Origin: Podarcis bocagei
Taxonomy: Eukaryota
Assembly (NCBI GenBank): GCA_964188305.1
Contig: OZ076885.1
Length of the DNA stretch: 64,000 nt
Reading direction: 5' to 3' (one strand)
Shown here: piece by piece, positions 24,679 to 36,559 of the stretch
How the letters are laid out: each line of letters starts with the position of its first letter
Position numbering within the stretch: the stretch's first letter is position 1
The notes under the pieces: model-generated
Databases searched by the model: none
What the model saw: only the letters and a program-made list of their open reading frames with translations
Told to the model about the DNA's origin: nothing
Program-made: the position numbers and the translations under genes

Positions 24679-25564
24679 CTATTTGAGACGAAACAAAAAA
24701 GCACAGCGTTTCTTTAAAACGAAACGAAACCCCACAAATAAACTGGAAACAAGTAGGACTCCCCCCACCCCGCGCGCACACGACGCGTGCTTAGAGATTT
24801 GGAGAACATCCTAAACTGGTTTACTGGGAAATAAGTCCCACGGGGGTCTTCGTGACGCCCTAGGGAATAAATGTCATCTAACTCCGTGGGATGTACTTTC
24901 TACTGCATGACCAGAGGCTGAGGCAAGTCTATTCGATCCAGCTGTATTCCAGCGAACAAATTTAGCGCAGGCACGTTTATCCAGAAATAAATCCCACTGC
25001 ACTCAGCAGGGCTTTCTCTCCAGGGAGGAGGTTGAGGAATCCCCTTTAAATCAAAGTACTCCGAGTTATCTGGTCTAGGGTTGTTTGCCTCGCTTGCGCT
25101 TAACGCGCCACAGCAGCACCTCCCTGAAAGGAGACTACTTCTAAAGACTGGTCGAATTATTTGTTTGTTTGTTTCATCCCACGATTCATAACATTTGTGG
25201 CTTAACGGCTTCCAGTCCGTGGTGGGGCTGATTATCGAAGGGGGTGGAGGGAATCGTGGAAAGTGTGCTGGAAGCTGGAAGTTATAACAGCGCCGCAATA
25301 ATTGCATGTCAATTATAGGTGAGAGAGAGAGAGAAAGAAAGAAAGAAAGAGAAAAGCGGGGATCTGAATTTAGGGATAGATGCTGGGTTGTGATTTGTTT
25401 TGGAGAGGAAAGGCTTGAGACGCACAGAGGGAAAATGGGGCCGCTGTGACAAAGGCAGGAGAGGAAAGTAAGAAAGAGAAGACAGAGAAGAAAGGAAGGA
25501 GGCAGCGACTGGGTTGCCGCGGCGCCAAAGGCAAAGGGAAGCGGGGGTTTCGCTCGCGTCCAAC

Positions 25565-26171
25565 CTTGTGGTCTCATCCAGGGGAACATTGGAGAAGGAG
25601 ACGCGCCCTGATTTAAGTGCTCTGGGTCCTCGCCAATATTAGCACTGGACGATTTACAGTCAGGATACTGGACCAGCTCGGCCTCTTGGTGTGTCGTAAA
25701 AATCGGCTGTCTCTGTAAGTTATCGTATCCGTAAAACTTGGCAGGCTCTCCCGGACAAGGCAGGCCGGCGCAGGGGCCCTGCGGGGCCAGAGGAGGCGGC
25801 GGCGGCGGCGGCTGGTGGTGGTGGTGGTGGTAGGCTGAGGGGCTTCCTCCAGCTAGGTGCCCGTGGTGCCCGTGGTGCTGCTGGTGATGGTGGTAGTATT
25901 CCGGGCCGCTGCCGCCCGAGCCAGGCCCAGGTGGGGGCTGCGGAGGGGAGAAGCCCGAGGCGGCGGCGGCGGCGGCGGCCGCCGCTGCAGCCGCGCTGTT
26001 CCCGTAGAGCAGGGCGGCCGCGGCCGCGGCGGGCGCAAAGTGACAGTCGTAGTAAGCGGGATTGATGTGCTGCTCGCCCCCTCCTCCTCCTGCAGCTCCT
26101 GCCGCCGCAGCTGCCGCCGCCGCCGCCGCTTTGTACTTGGAGTAGAGCGGATTGACGAAGTAGGAGCTCAT
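25565..26171 (-). CDS. HOXD8: HOXD8 exon 1 (607 nt, phase-1 donor)
   Basis: Starts MSSYFVNPLYSKYK, contains KFYGYDNLQRQPIFTTHQEAELVQYPDCKSS and the hexapeptide FPWMRPQ. Donor is CAAG|GTTGG at 25565/25564. The ORF track reads through into the intron. Confidence 0.97.
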
Positions 26172-29100
26172 CGGAGGGCGGCGGCAGGGGGGGCGGCGAG
26201 CGGAGGCGCCACCACCAGCAGCTGCAAGAGAAGGAGGAGCAGCAGCAGCAGCAGCTGGGCCAGCCGAAGCCCACGAACCACTGCCTCGCTACTCCTTCCT
26301 TACTCCTACTTTACTCAGCCGGCCCGCCGCCGCTGCCCCTGCCACCACTGCGGACGGCAGCGCTGGTGAGGTCCGGAGCTGGGATCTAATCGCTGCCCGA
26401 CTGACTGACCTGCCTCACTGCTTTTACTATTTCCTATTAGGCACACACAGGCAGCTCCGCCGCCGCCGCCGCAGCCACACACTCACATGGGCCGGAGTTC
26501 AGGGCAAGGCAGGAGAGCCTGTTGGCTTCGGTTTACACTCACCTCCCGGAGGCAGAAAACGAGCCCCGGGAAATAAATAAATAACAGCGCAGCAGCCCCA
26601 TGCAGCCATCCATGCAGCCGAAGCTTGCCCCACCGGCTGTTCAGGCAAGCGGCCTCTTTTTCTTTCTTTCTTTTTCTTTCTTCCTTTCTTCCTTTCTTCC
26701 TTCCTTCCTCCTTTCCTTTCTCTCCCCACCCCCACCCGCTTCAGCCTCCACACCCGCAGCCGTATGCATATTTTCTCGAAAACTCACCAAGCAGAAAGAA
26801 AGTAGGAGAGATCAGGGTGAGATAAAGCGCAAGCACTGGGCTGTTGGATGGAGAGGCCTAGCGGAGTCCAGCTTGGGGTGGAAGGGAGGGAGAAGAGGGG
26901 ATTTGGCTGGCTTGGTGACAACCCCTGCTGTAAGTTCTACTTTTATTTTTATTTTTAAAATGAGACTATTTCTAGGCCAAGCCTTGAAGCATACCCTCCA
27001 AAATTTCTCCGATGAAAATAGGGACATCATTTTATTTTATTTTATTTTATTTTATTTTATTTTACCCTGCCCATCTGACTGCTACTCTGGGAGGCTTCCG
27101 CCATACATTATATAAAAACGTAATAAAACGTTGAACATTGAACAACTTCCCTATGCAGGGCTGTCTTCAGATGTCTTCTAAAAGTACTATAGTTATTTCT
27201 CTCCTTGGCTGGGGGAGGAGGGGGTGTCGCATAAGCCATCATTAGATCCTTAGAGCCCTGAGACATGAAAACATCATAAAGGAGGACACGTGTCTCTGGA
27301 CGTGTACAGAGTTTTGACCCAACTTCCACACACACCAAGGGTGATAGGGGATCAGAGCTTCCACTTCCGGGATCAAAGGGCATGGCTTTTAGGCAGTGGT
27401 GCCGCTTCCTCACCCCCATAAACCCATTAACCACCGGCATTGGAGGAGTGGGTGTCCTTCCTGCGCTCAAATCCAATGGTATTGGTAAAGTCCAGGCCCA
27501 GAAGGTCATAAACCATCAAAGGCTGGAGGGGGCAAGGGCAGGGGGAGGCCCAGGCAAACGGCGGAGATGTGGGGTAGCAAAACTAGGCGAAATCAACGGG
27601 TGTTTTGCCATTGATCTCAATGGAATGTGGATTTCTATTAGATAAGCAAGTAAATAAGTAAATATAAGTAAAATAAATGAGGCTGCGGGGAGCGAGCTCA
27701 GGCCAGCAGGCCGATTTCAAACGCGGTGCCCATTTACCCTTGACGCACTGCGCGCCTGGCTGCAGATCCCGGATTAATTGATACTTAATGGAAGTCATGT
27801 CCATGAATATGCTTTCCATCATTTCACCCTTGGTGGACGTCATTAGCCAAGCCAAGCCGAGCGAGGGAGAGTGGCGGGTGGATGGCAGTGAGTGAGTGAG
27901 CGAGTATGGGGAGCAGTACCGGCGAGTGCTAGCATAGCTGGCGGGGCCGGAATCCCAAATAAATGAATGTTTTCCGAAGTGGAAGGGACGCAGAGAGGGA
28001 AGAGGCTGAGGAGGAGGAGGAGGACAGCAGCAGGATCGCGCAGTAGCCTTTCCCCAGCTCCCTGGACAGTACAGGCCGCTGCCCGCATTTAAGCGCCTTC
28101 CTTTCCAGAGCTGGAGGGCCGAAATTTTGGCCAAGGCTGGCTCCTCTTTTCTTGGTTTTGGGTAGCCAAACGAGAAGGGCGCATGGGACTTTCCTGTTTT
28201 CCCCTGATGCTTGGGGTGGACCGAGGAGTCTGGTGAAAGGGACGGGGGTGGTTCAGCCTGTTAGATCCGAGGCAGGAATTCGAATACATACGACCTTTCT
28301 TTTCGGGGCATTTTCCCTGTAGTTACAACCAAAGCGGCTGAACAGAGGTAGCCCCGTGTGGAATGCAATCGTGTGGACAGATTCCGAGATGCGGTAGCGT
28401 TTGCCCTCATTATTTGAGGAAGGGCGAAAGGGGCGGGGCGGAGGCTATTACTATTACTATTACTATTATTATTATTATTAACCACACACTTCTTTATCTC
28501 ACAAAATAAATGCCATTCCGTTCTGGACTCACTGCAAAACTAAACTAAGAATAAATTATATGGGTGAAATAGTGCACAGAGCCAGACAGAGAAGCGGGAG
28601 AAGACAGAGACGACAATCTGGTGTGAGTTCAATAAAATTATTGTGGTTACATGACATGTCTCTTTGTCATTGTCCTTTCACGAAAAGTTGTCCTTTTCTT
28701 TTCTTTTTACAAATGCTAGCATCTATCCCCCGCCCGCCACGTTTATTCACGTAACCCAGCCGCATAAAATGTACGCTGTGTAGTTTCCATTTTGCGTTTC
28801 CCTTTTCTAGTTTTATGTTGTGATACCGCCCTGTGATCTTCGGGTGAAAGGCGGTATACACATTTAATTAATAATAATGATTAAAATGTACCGTCTTTAA
28901 CTTTAATAACAAAAGACATGGGGTGGGGAAAAGAAAATTCCACAATAATTTAAGGAATCGAACATTGGAGTGTAACTTGGGAGACGCAGGGGAAGAAGAG
29001 CGTTTTGAGGAAGCTTCCCCATCCAGTTGTGTTGAGGAAAGAAGGTTGCAGTATTGCTGAATCACTGCTGTGGTGGAGCTTAGATCAACCAAACTCTGCT

Positions 29101-30264
29101 ACTTACGCTGTGAAAATACGTTCCCGTCTATGCAATAAAACAGGCACCCTACTGATACAGATGGAATAATTTTTATCTGCAGAAATAGATCCTGGCCTTA
29201 TAAGCTTTTCTCCAGCGTTGACAGTGTAGAGTTCGCTCGAGTGGAGTTACCTGGTCTCTTCAGCTGTTGCAACTATTTCAGATTCATCAGAGCGAATGTT
29301 GAAGCGCGGAATGAAAGACCAAATCCAGCGCTCTCTTAGCGTGGTCTCTTGGGATACCAAATTCTCCAGTGAATTCATTTTCTCCTATTGACTTTCTATA
29401 GTCTAAAGAAACCCCCTTTCTGTTTATTAAGCATATCTGATAACACCCTTTTGAGATGTTTTGTTAAGATGCATAACCGTGTGCGCATCTTTTTAGATTC
29501 TGAAATCCTACCTGGGGGGGTAGGACTCGGAGGGATGGATGTGTGCGTGTGAGGAAATCAAATACAAGTTTAATGGCAATGCAATGGAAAACCCTTTCGT
29601 CGCAGCTGAGTCTCTTTTAGAAAGAGAGAGGTCCCGTGTGCGTTTCCACGTCGAAAGAAAGGCCTCCTCATTGTTTTCTCTTCTTTCCTTCTGCAGTTCT
29701 TAAACCTAATCCGAATCTATATTTCCTGGGTTTGAAAAAGGAGGGTAAGAACAGACGAGAAATATACTAGAATACCTTCCTGGATTTAGAATACTTTCTG
29801 GTGGTAGTTAGAATAACAATCAGAAAACAAGCTGCGGCCGTAAGATGTTCGATCAGCATTAATTCTTCCTTTTTTTGTAAAACGTGCTTTCTATACGCAT
29901 ACATATCTATAATTGAAATGAGGTGTTCTCGTCGAACTTTTTGTAGAAATTCTAATCATAAAAAGAATGAATTGATTTCGCCTGTAGACACAAATAGCCC
30001 CCCGCGCGCTTTTATTTTACATGCCCATACTCTGCAGAAATTAAATTTGGTGTCACTGGCAAATTTATACGGGTGGATACTTTTTCAGGTGCTGACTGCG
30101 TACATCTCGCCTCTTAATTAGTTAGATCATAGCAAAGGACGGTCATGTTCGTTTATTTTTAGCTACAAACACAAAATTCATTGATTAAAAGAAACAGCTT
30201 GTACATATTTTAAATAAACAAATAATCCTGGCCGAATACAGAAAATTATCAGAATATGGAGCAA

Positions 30265-30282
30265 CACCGCCCTCTAGTGGTG
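30265..30282 (-). promoter_or_regulatory. CTCF motif between HOXD9 and HOXD8
   Basis: Minus-strand CACCACTAGAGGGCGGTG matches the CCASYAGRKGGCRS consensus. Intergenic CTCF sites are an established feature of HoxD. Confidence 0.75.
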
Positions 30283-32857
30283 AGATGAAATCTTGTTCGG
30301 CAACCCGGGTTGACGCCACATGTTTATGCTTTTTCTACGATGAATGTGAAAGAAAGATATTTGCAAGGAACACTTGGTTGTTGTTTCTAATAAAATATTT
30401 CTTTTTCGCTGGCTAAAGACGATTAAAGTCATGCAAAAAAAAATTCAAAGGAGCGTGCAATTGTTACAAAGAATGAGAAATATCCTTCATATTTACAAGT
30501 GAGAAGGGGTATATGCCAAGTCCTATATCTTGAATGACGGGGAAATGTTTACAATGACTACACAATGCTGCCTTTTGTTATCAAGAGCACAGGATTTTAA
30601 TCATAGGAATTTTGCTTAACCAAAGAAACGACTTCTTTATGCCTAATGAAGTCGGATTAAGTGAAAACACGAACGAGGAAGCACGTTGCTGTTCCAGTGC
30701 AGTTTGCATAAAACCAAACCTCCCGTTTCTGTTTTGTCTGTTTCTGTTCTATGCTTCGATTTCAAGCTCAGAAACCTTCCTGCCTTGAACTTGCCTATGT
30801 CATTTTATTTCTCCCTTTCCCCATCGGAGAGCTGGTCAGTTTCGGCTTGCGCACTTACACTTGGAATCATAACAACATCCACGTTTCTGCTTTATTGTGA
30901 CACTCAACATATCCAAAAAAGAAACGGACTCTTAAGCAAATGTTACTCGGCTTATTGGAAGTGGAGGGCTAGTGGTTTGGGAATGGCAGCGTTTCCATGT
31001 TTCCAAGCACATCCAGCTACGTAGCTGGGCTGCAATGGCATTTTGAAATAAATAAACGTGGACTTGGGTTCAAACCTTGGCAAGTTTAGATTCGGTCCCG
31101 TTCCAGCCAAGGTGGACCTTCCCCAATGCTAAAGTCTCGCCTGTTTCAAGTTCTATGCATTGCCCTAACCTTTACGAGTGTTGTTGCTCTTGCACTTTTT
31201 GCACACCAAGCTCTTCGTCTTTTTTGTTTTTTGTTTTCAAAAGAACCCCTGACTTTCTAATATATGGCTACTTCCAGGTCCATTGGCATACCCAGCCGAA
31301 TTGGTCTTAATCTCCTCACTTTTCAGACTTCAGCGGCGTCCAAACTGCTGTCTCGCCCAGCCGGGGTGACATATTGAAATTTATAGTACTGATTTTAAGA
31401 CCTGGTTTTGTCTGCATCGGTGTTCTATCCTAACAAACGCAAACATCAAAATAAGATGGTCTCAAAGAGAGAAAAGCGCCATCGCATATCGTAAACTCAT
31501 TAGGTCCAGACGTCTAGCCTTCTCAATGGTTTTATTACGCCTCGGTTCTTCCTGTTTTAAAAAGAATTATAGGTATAGGGTTGACAATGAATGGGGAAGC
31601 AAAGCAACACCTTTTCCTAGGCCTTAATCGCTGTGGGTCTTTCTGAGGGGAAGGGGGAAGTGATAGCATCTACAGACCCCCAGGTCTCGGTGCCTGTTTC
31701 CCTTCACCTTAAATCTTCTTTCAAATGGCTTGAGAGGCCATGTTTTCCTCGAGACGCTTAATTAAAATGGTGTCTCACATCAGAACAACGCTCCTCTCCT
31801 TCTCTAAAATATCCCAGAAACCTGCCGCCCACACCTCAATTGCATTGTGTGTGTGTGTTGGTGTTTTTAAATACAATGTACATACATGACTCAGCTAAAG
31901 TTTAACACTTGGACGTTCCATTTATTTCCATTGAGGAGTTATGCATGTGCTGAAATCTCTACATCAGGGTGGCTTCAAAGTCCTTATCAGAAATTCACAT
32001 ACGCACACACACACATATAACGCGCATATATCTGGTGATATGTACCGATAACCGTATGATCGAAAAGGACGTACATACTAAAGCAGCTCTTGACAAATAC
32101 CGACAGAGCTGATCATCATGTCTATCAAGTGTCTTTAAGGTCCAATAATTTGAACGAGCGACATGGCGTCATAATTATGAACTAACTTCAGTCTTATTTG
32201 AGGACCTCTATGTTTTCCTTACAGATTCCCACACCCCAACCCTGAAATTGCTACATGAACCTTTCGGGGGTTTTGTGGGGTGGGGGGGGGGTTGGTTATG
32301 TTCCGGATTTATTTTTATAAGAAAGGGTACGAAGCTTGCGCCACGCACCGCCATCAAGTAGGTGCGTCCACCACTCACAATTGCAACCAGGAAATGTTCT
32401 CATAAAAGAAGGTCCTAGAGGCTATGAACCCGGGGCAAACGCTCTCGACCTGTCCTAGGATATATCTCCGCATATTTAGATCGTGGCTTAAAGACCAGTT
32501 CTTTTGCTCGGTTGCTGGCAGAGGTGGGGGGGAGGGAGAGATTTGGGAGCAAGTCAGGTTCAAATAGAAAAGATATCCAGGAGGAGTGGGGAAGGGAAGG
32601 AAGCAGGGCGGGCGGGGGTCATGCAGGCCTGCTCTGTACTAGCTGTTATACAGTTGACCTGCTGAAACCCTTCCTTCGTGTCCACGATTGGTATAATAAT
32701 ATTCAGGAGTGGAGAATGATGAACCGGTGTCGGTGGATACCTCCTGCCTCTCTAGGAACAGAGGAAGCGTCCCGTCGTCTGCAAATGGCTTCCTGCGGGT
32801 TATATGCAAGGCATCTTTATTACAGAGAGCGCAGAAAGACTGGGGTTTTCTTTTTTT

Positions 32858-32861
<4 letters not shown>

Positions 32862-32922
<61 letters not shown>
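32862..32922. repeat. (TC)n microsatellite downstream of the HOXD9 stop
   Basis: About 30 perfect units. Confidence 0.95.
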
Positions 32923-32926
<4 letters not shown>

Positions 32927-34006
32927 GAGGGGGCGGCGGTTTCGTTTATACTCCGGCGCTGTCTGTTTATTTCCACTTTGCAGAGAGAAGTCAAAGGCAA
33001 ACCGCGGGCGCGTTTGCACGCACATTACATCTTATTCCCCAGCACACGCAAACCCCCATCTTCCCAGCCAATTTATTATTATTACTGTTATTTCACCAGC
33101 TCAGCCTTTATTATAATAACCTATGACAATTACATTATTATTATTTTAAAAATTAAGTCCTTAGGTAGAGTTCCAGGCCTCAGTCAATGGGGACGGGTGC
33201 TCAGAACTGTTAAGCCGCGGGGCCTGTGGAAGTTAATACTGTTTCAAGTACCGCTTTTAATACAGTGCACTGGAGAGGATGAAACGGGCAGCCAGGGGGG
33301 GAGATATTAAAAATATTTTATATATATATATTTTTTTAAAAAAACATTTCACAGCCTCGATCTGGCAAGACTCAGCAAGAGTCTGCATAACCTGCAGAAA
33401 AAAAGCGATGCGCAGGGTCTGGAGTCCTCCCCTCCCCCCTCTCCGCTTTTCCTTTTTGGAAAGTCCGAGGTAAACGCACTATTGCCATCAAGGTAATCCT
33501 GGCTGTCATTCAGTATTATCGTCTTCATCGCCGCCTTTGCCTTCAGTTTGGAAAAGCGACTGTCCCCCCATCTTACAACCCCTCCACTTTCTCTCTTTCT
33601 TTCTCTCTCTCTCTCTCTAGTCTAGGGTCACTTGGAAGTAGCATGTCAAACATTTAGTTAGTATTTAGATAAAGCCCCCCCCCAAAAAAAGAACAACCCT
33701 AACGTGCACTCACAATATCTTAAAACCAAACTGGAGGCGCGGGGAAAGAAGCAACTTTTACCAAATACATTCTCCACACCCAGCCCTTTCCTTTCCAAAA
33801 TACCTGACATCGACCACATTACTGCTATCTAAAGAATAAACCCACCAGATCAATAGGAAGTTTTCGAGCCAGTGGACCTGGCAACATAATAATAATAATA
33901 ATATTAATAATGACAATGACAATAATTAATATCGATACTTTTGTGTGTATCTTCATAGAAAGCCCAGCACATTTCCACAAACGCACGCACGCACACCCTC
34001 AAGGCG

Positions 34007-34248
34007 CTAGTCCCCTTTATTCCCTTTTTCCTTGTTCATCTTTTTCATTTTCATTCTTCGGTTCTGAAACCATATTTTAACCTGTCTCTCGGTCAGGTTT
34101 AAAATCCTAGCCACTTCGTAACGGCGGTCGCGGGTGAGGTACATATTAAAGAGGAATTCCTTTTCCAGTTCCAGAGTTTGGAATTTTGTGTAAGGGCAAC
34201 GCTTTTTCCTGGTGGAACGAGCGTGAATCCAGTTCGCGGCGGGGTTAT
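34007..34248 (-). CDS. HOXD9: HOXD9 exon 2 (homeobox); absent from the ORF track; spliced protein about 405-415 aa
   Basis: Manual translation after CTTCTCCAG|: [80 protein letters not shown], then TAG at 34009-34007. Confidence 0.97.
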
Positions 34249-34675
34249 CTGGAGAAGGGAGAGCAAGAAGGGGGGGGGGAGAGAGAGAAGGTCAGGGTTC
34301 GGAGGGAGAAGAGGGGCAGGCATTGAAGTAGGGAGAGGGTTGGGGAGGGGAGAAAGGTCGTTAAATTAATTTAACGGAGGATGCCTGCTCTTTTCACAAT
34401 TGAGGAGGAATTATCATAAAACCTTGAATGGCCCGGTCTGTTTACTGTACAAATGATGTCTTCTTGATGGCCGTAGGTGGTTATGGGGAGCCTTTTTTAT
34501 GGCTGCTTGTTGCCGCTTGCGCTCGAGTAGGCGTCTAGACGTTTTTATAGGTTAGTAAAACTATCGGTTTTGCACATTGGAGCCTTACAGGTTGGGGTAA
34601 TAAATCAAAGCGGGTGCAATTTCTTTTCTTTCTCTCTCTGGCTCGGATTTTTTTAAATTTTTTTTTTTAACTTAC

Positions 34676-35681
34676 TTGGGTCAAGTTGCTGCTGAGGCTT
34701 CTCCTCCTTCAGATCGCTGCTGGGGCTAGGATTGCGGCTGCAACCAGACGCTGGCTTGGCCGGGGTGGCGGTACTGCCGTTGCTGCTGGTGGTGGTGGTG
34801 ATATTGCTGGTGGCTGCAGCTACGGCGGCCGCAACCGGGTGAGAAGAACCGTTGCTCACTGTTGTTGCTGCCGCCGCCGCCGCCTTCTCGCGGGGCTCTG
34901 CCAGGAAGGAATTGCACGTGTACTCGGGCCCATTGACCCCCGAGGGCTCCCTAGACGGCGCGCACTCAGTTCTTTTGGAAGGAGACTCGGAGCTGCAAGA
35001 CGAGGAGGAAGAGGAAGAGGAGACGGTGGCAGAGGAGGAGGAAGGAGAGGGCCCCACCGGACCGGCGGCGGCGGCGGCGGCGGCTGCCCCGCTCTCCGGC
35101 TTGACGATCCCGTAGTGGCGCGCGCTGGAGGAGCCACCGCCGGCGCCGTTGGAGGCGATGCTGGTCGTCGCCGCTGCAGCAGCAGCAGCGGCAGCAGCCG
35201 CGGCACTAGCGGCGGAGACGTTGCTGTTGCCTCCGCCGCCGTTGCCGGGGCTGCTGGGGAAAGAGGCGAAGGGCTCAATCCAGGAGCGCACGTATCTGCC
35301 TCCGCCGCCTCCGCCGCCCTCGCCCGGTCCGCCTAAGTGCGGCTGGGGCATGTAAGGGTGGTAAATACCGGGCATGGGCGCCGGAGGCTGAGGGTGCACG
35401 GCGGGCCACGAGGCTGGGAAGACGGCCGACTTGGGCGCGAAGCTGCAGGAGGAGAAATCCGAGCCCTCGGCCACCACACCTGAGGATGGCCTGGGGGTCG
35501 CATGGTGACCTCCCTGCAGGAACCGGGCAGCCCCTCCGACGCCGCCGACGCCTCCTCCTGCTCCTCCGACGCCGCCACCGTACACTTCCTCGCTGTCGTG
35601 GCCTATGAGGGAATCGACATAGTAGTTACTGAGGGTGCCGCCGGTCGACATTTTTTGGAGGCTCCCTCCGTAGCAGGGCAT
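34676..35681 (-). CDS. HOXD9: HOXD9 exon 1 (first ATG 35681; conserved ATG of [12 protein letters not shown] at 35651)
   Basis: Hox9 N-terminal motifs [22 protein letters not shown] and RYVRSWIEP; ends KPQQQLDP. Donor CCAA|GTAAGT at 34676/34675, phase 1. Confidence 0.96.
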
Positions 35682-36528
35682 ATGATGGGGGGAAGGCAAA
35701 AAAGGTTACTCTGTTAACTGTAGATGATCGCCTGGCCCGGAGAACAATCGTAGTATTTTGCAGGCGGCCAGGCTCAGCCATTGGTCCCTCCGCCCACGTG
35801 ATCATATTTACCAATACTCCAAGTAAATCAATCCGCTAAACTGAAGGGGTTGCTGTGATTCAAGCGGAGGTGGTAGTTGGAAAAGAAGGGATACGAAAAG
35901 GAAAAAGCCAAGAAGGCAACAAGCTAAGACAACAACCTCCTCCCGCCTTAGAAAAAACTAAAAAAACCAACAAACAAAAAACCCTCATTCCCATCCTCTA
36001 AGGAAAACACTAGTCTCCAAAACGTGTAATTGTATACAGGCAGAGAGAGAGAGAAATCCTTCCACTCTCTTGCCTTAGGCTTAGCAGGACTCCAAGCGGG
36101 CGTGGCGCGCTACTAGCAGAAGCAAGTTCGGGGACTATTTGTTCGCCTCCTTTGAAAGGTTCCTGCCATTCATTCCGCTGCCATCAGCCTCAAGCACGGA
36201 AGTTCTGCGAAGGCTTGGCTTGTCCTTGTCTTTGGAAGCTGCCGAGGAAAACCCCCATTGAAATCATAATAAGAGAGAGAGAGAGAGAGAGGGAGAGAGA
36301 TGGGAAGGGGGGAGCCCAGCGAGATCCCCGCCTGTGAAAACAAACCCTGCCAAAAACTGAGAGTGTGTAACGACTCCTCATAAAACAGGAAAATGTTACA
36401 GTAAAAAAAAAAGAAGCGCAACAATGCAGGAGAGGGCCGCTTTTCCAGAGCAGCTCTTGGTGTCGTTTCCTTTAAAAGGAAAAAAAAAGGAAAAACAGCA
36501 ACACAGGGGCAGAATTGAATGATTGAAA

Positions 36529-36559
<31 letters not shown>

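Noticed and set aside
24900-25564. C-terminal half of the 423-aa ORF 24900-26171
   Set aside because: Read-through into the HOXD8 intron past the GT donor; composition is low-complexity and non-Hox.
26483-26488. ATG-TGA start-stop upstream of HOXD8
   Set aside because: Part of a CATGTG E-box-like motif more than 300 nt upstream; no evidence that it is transcribed.
32512-33310. ORFs with SLSLSL or ERERER runs (also near 38522, 52911 and 55515)
   Set aside because: Translations of microsatellites.
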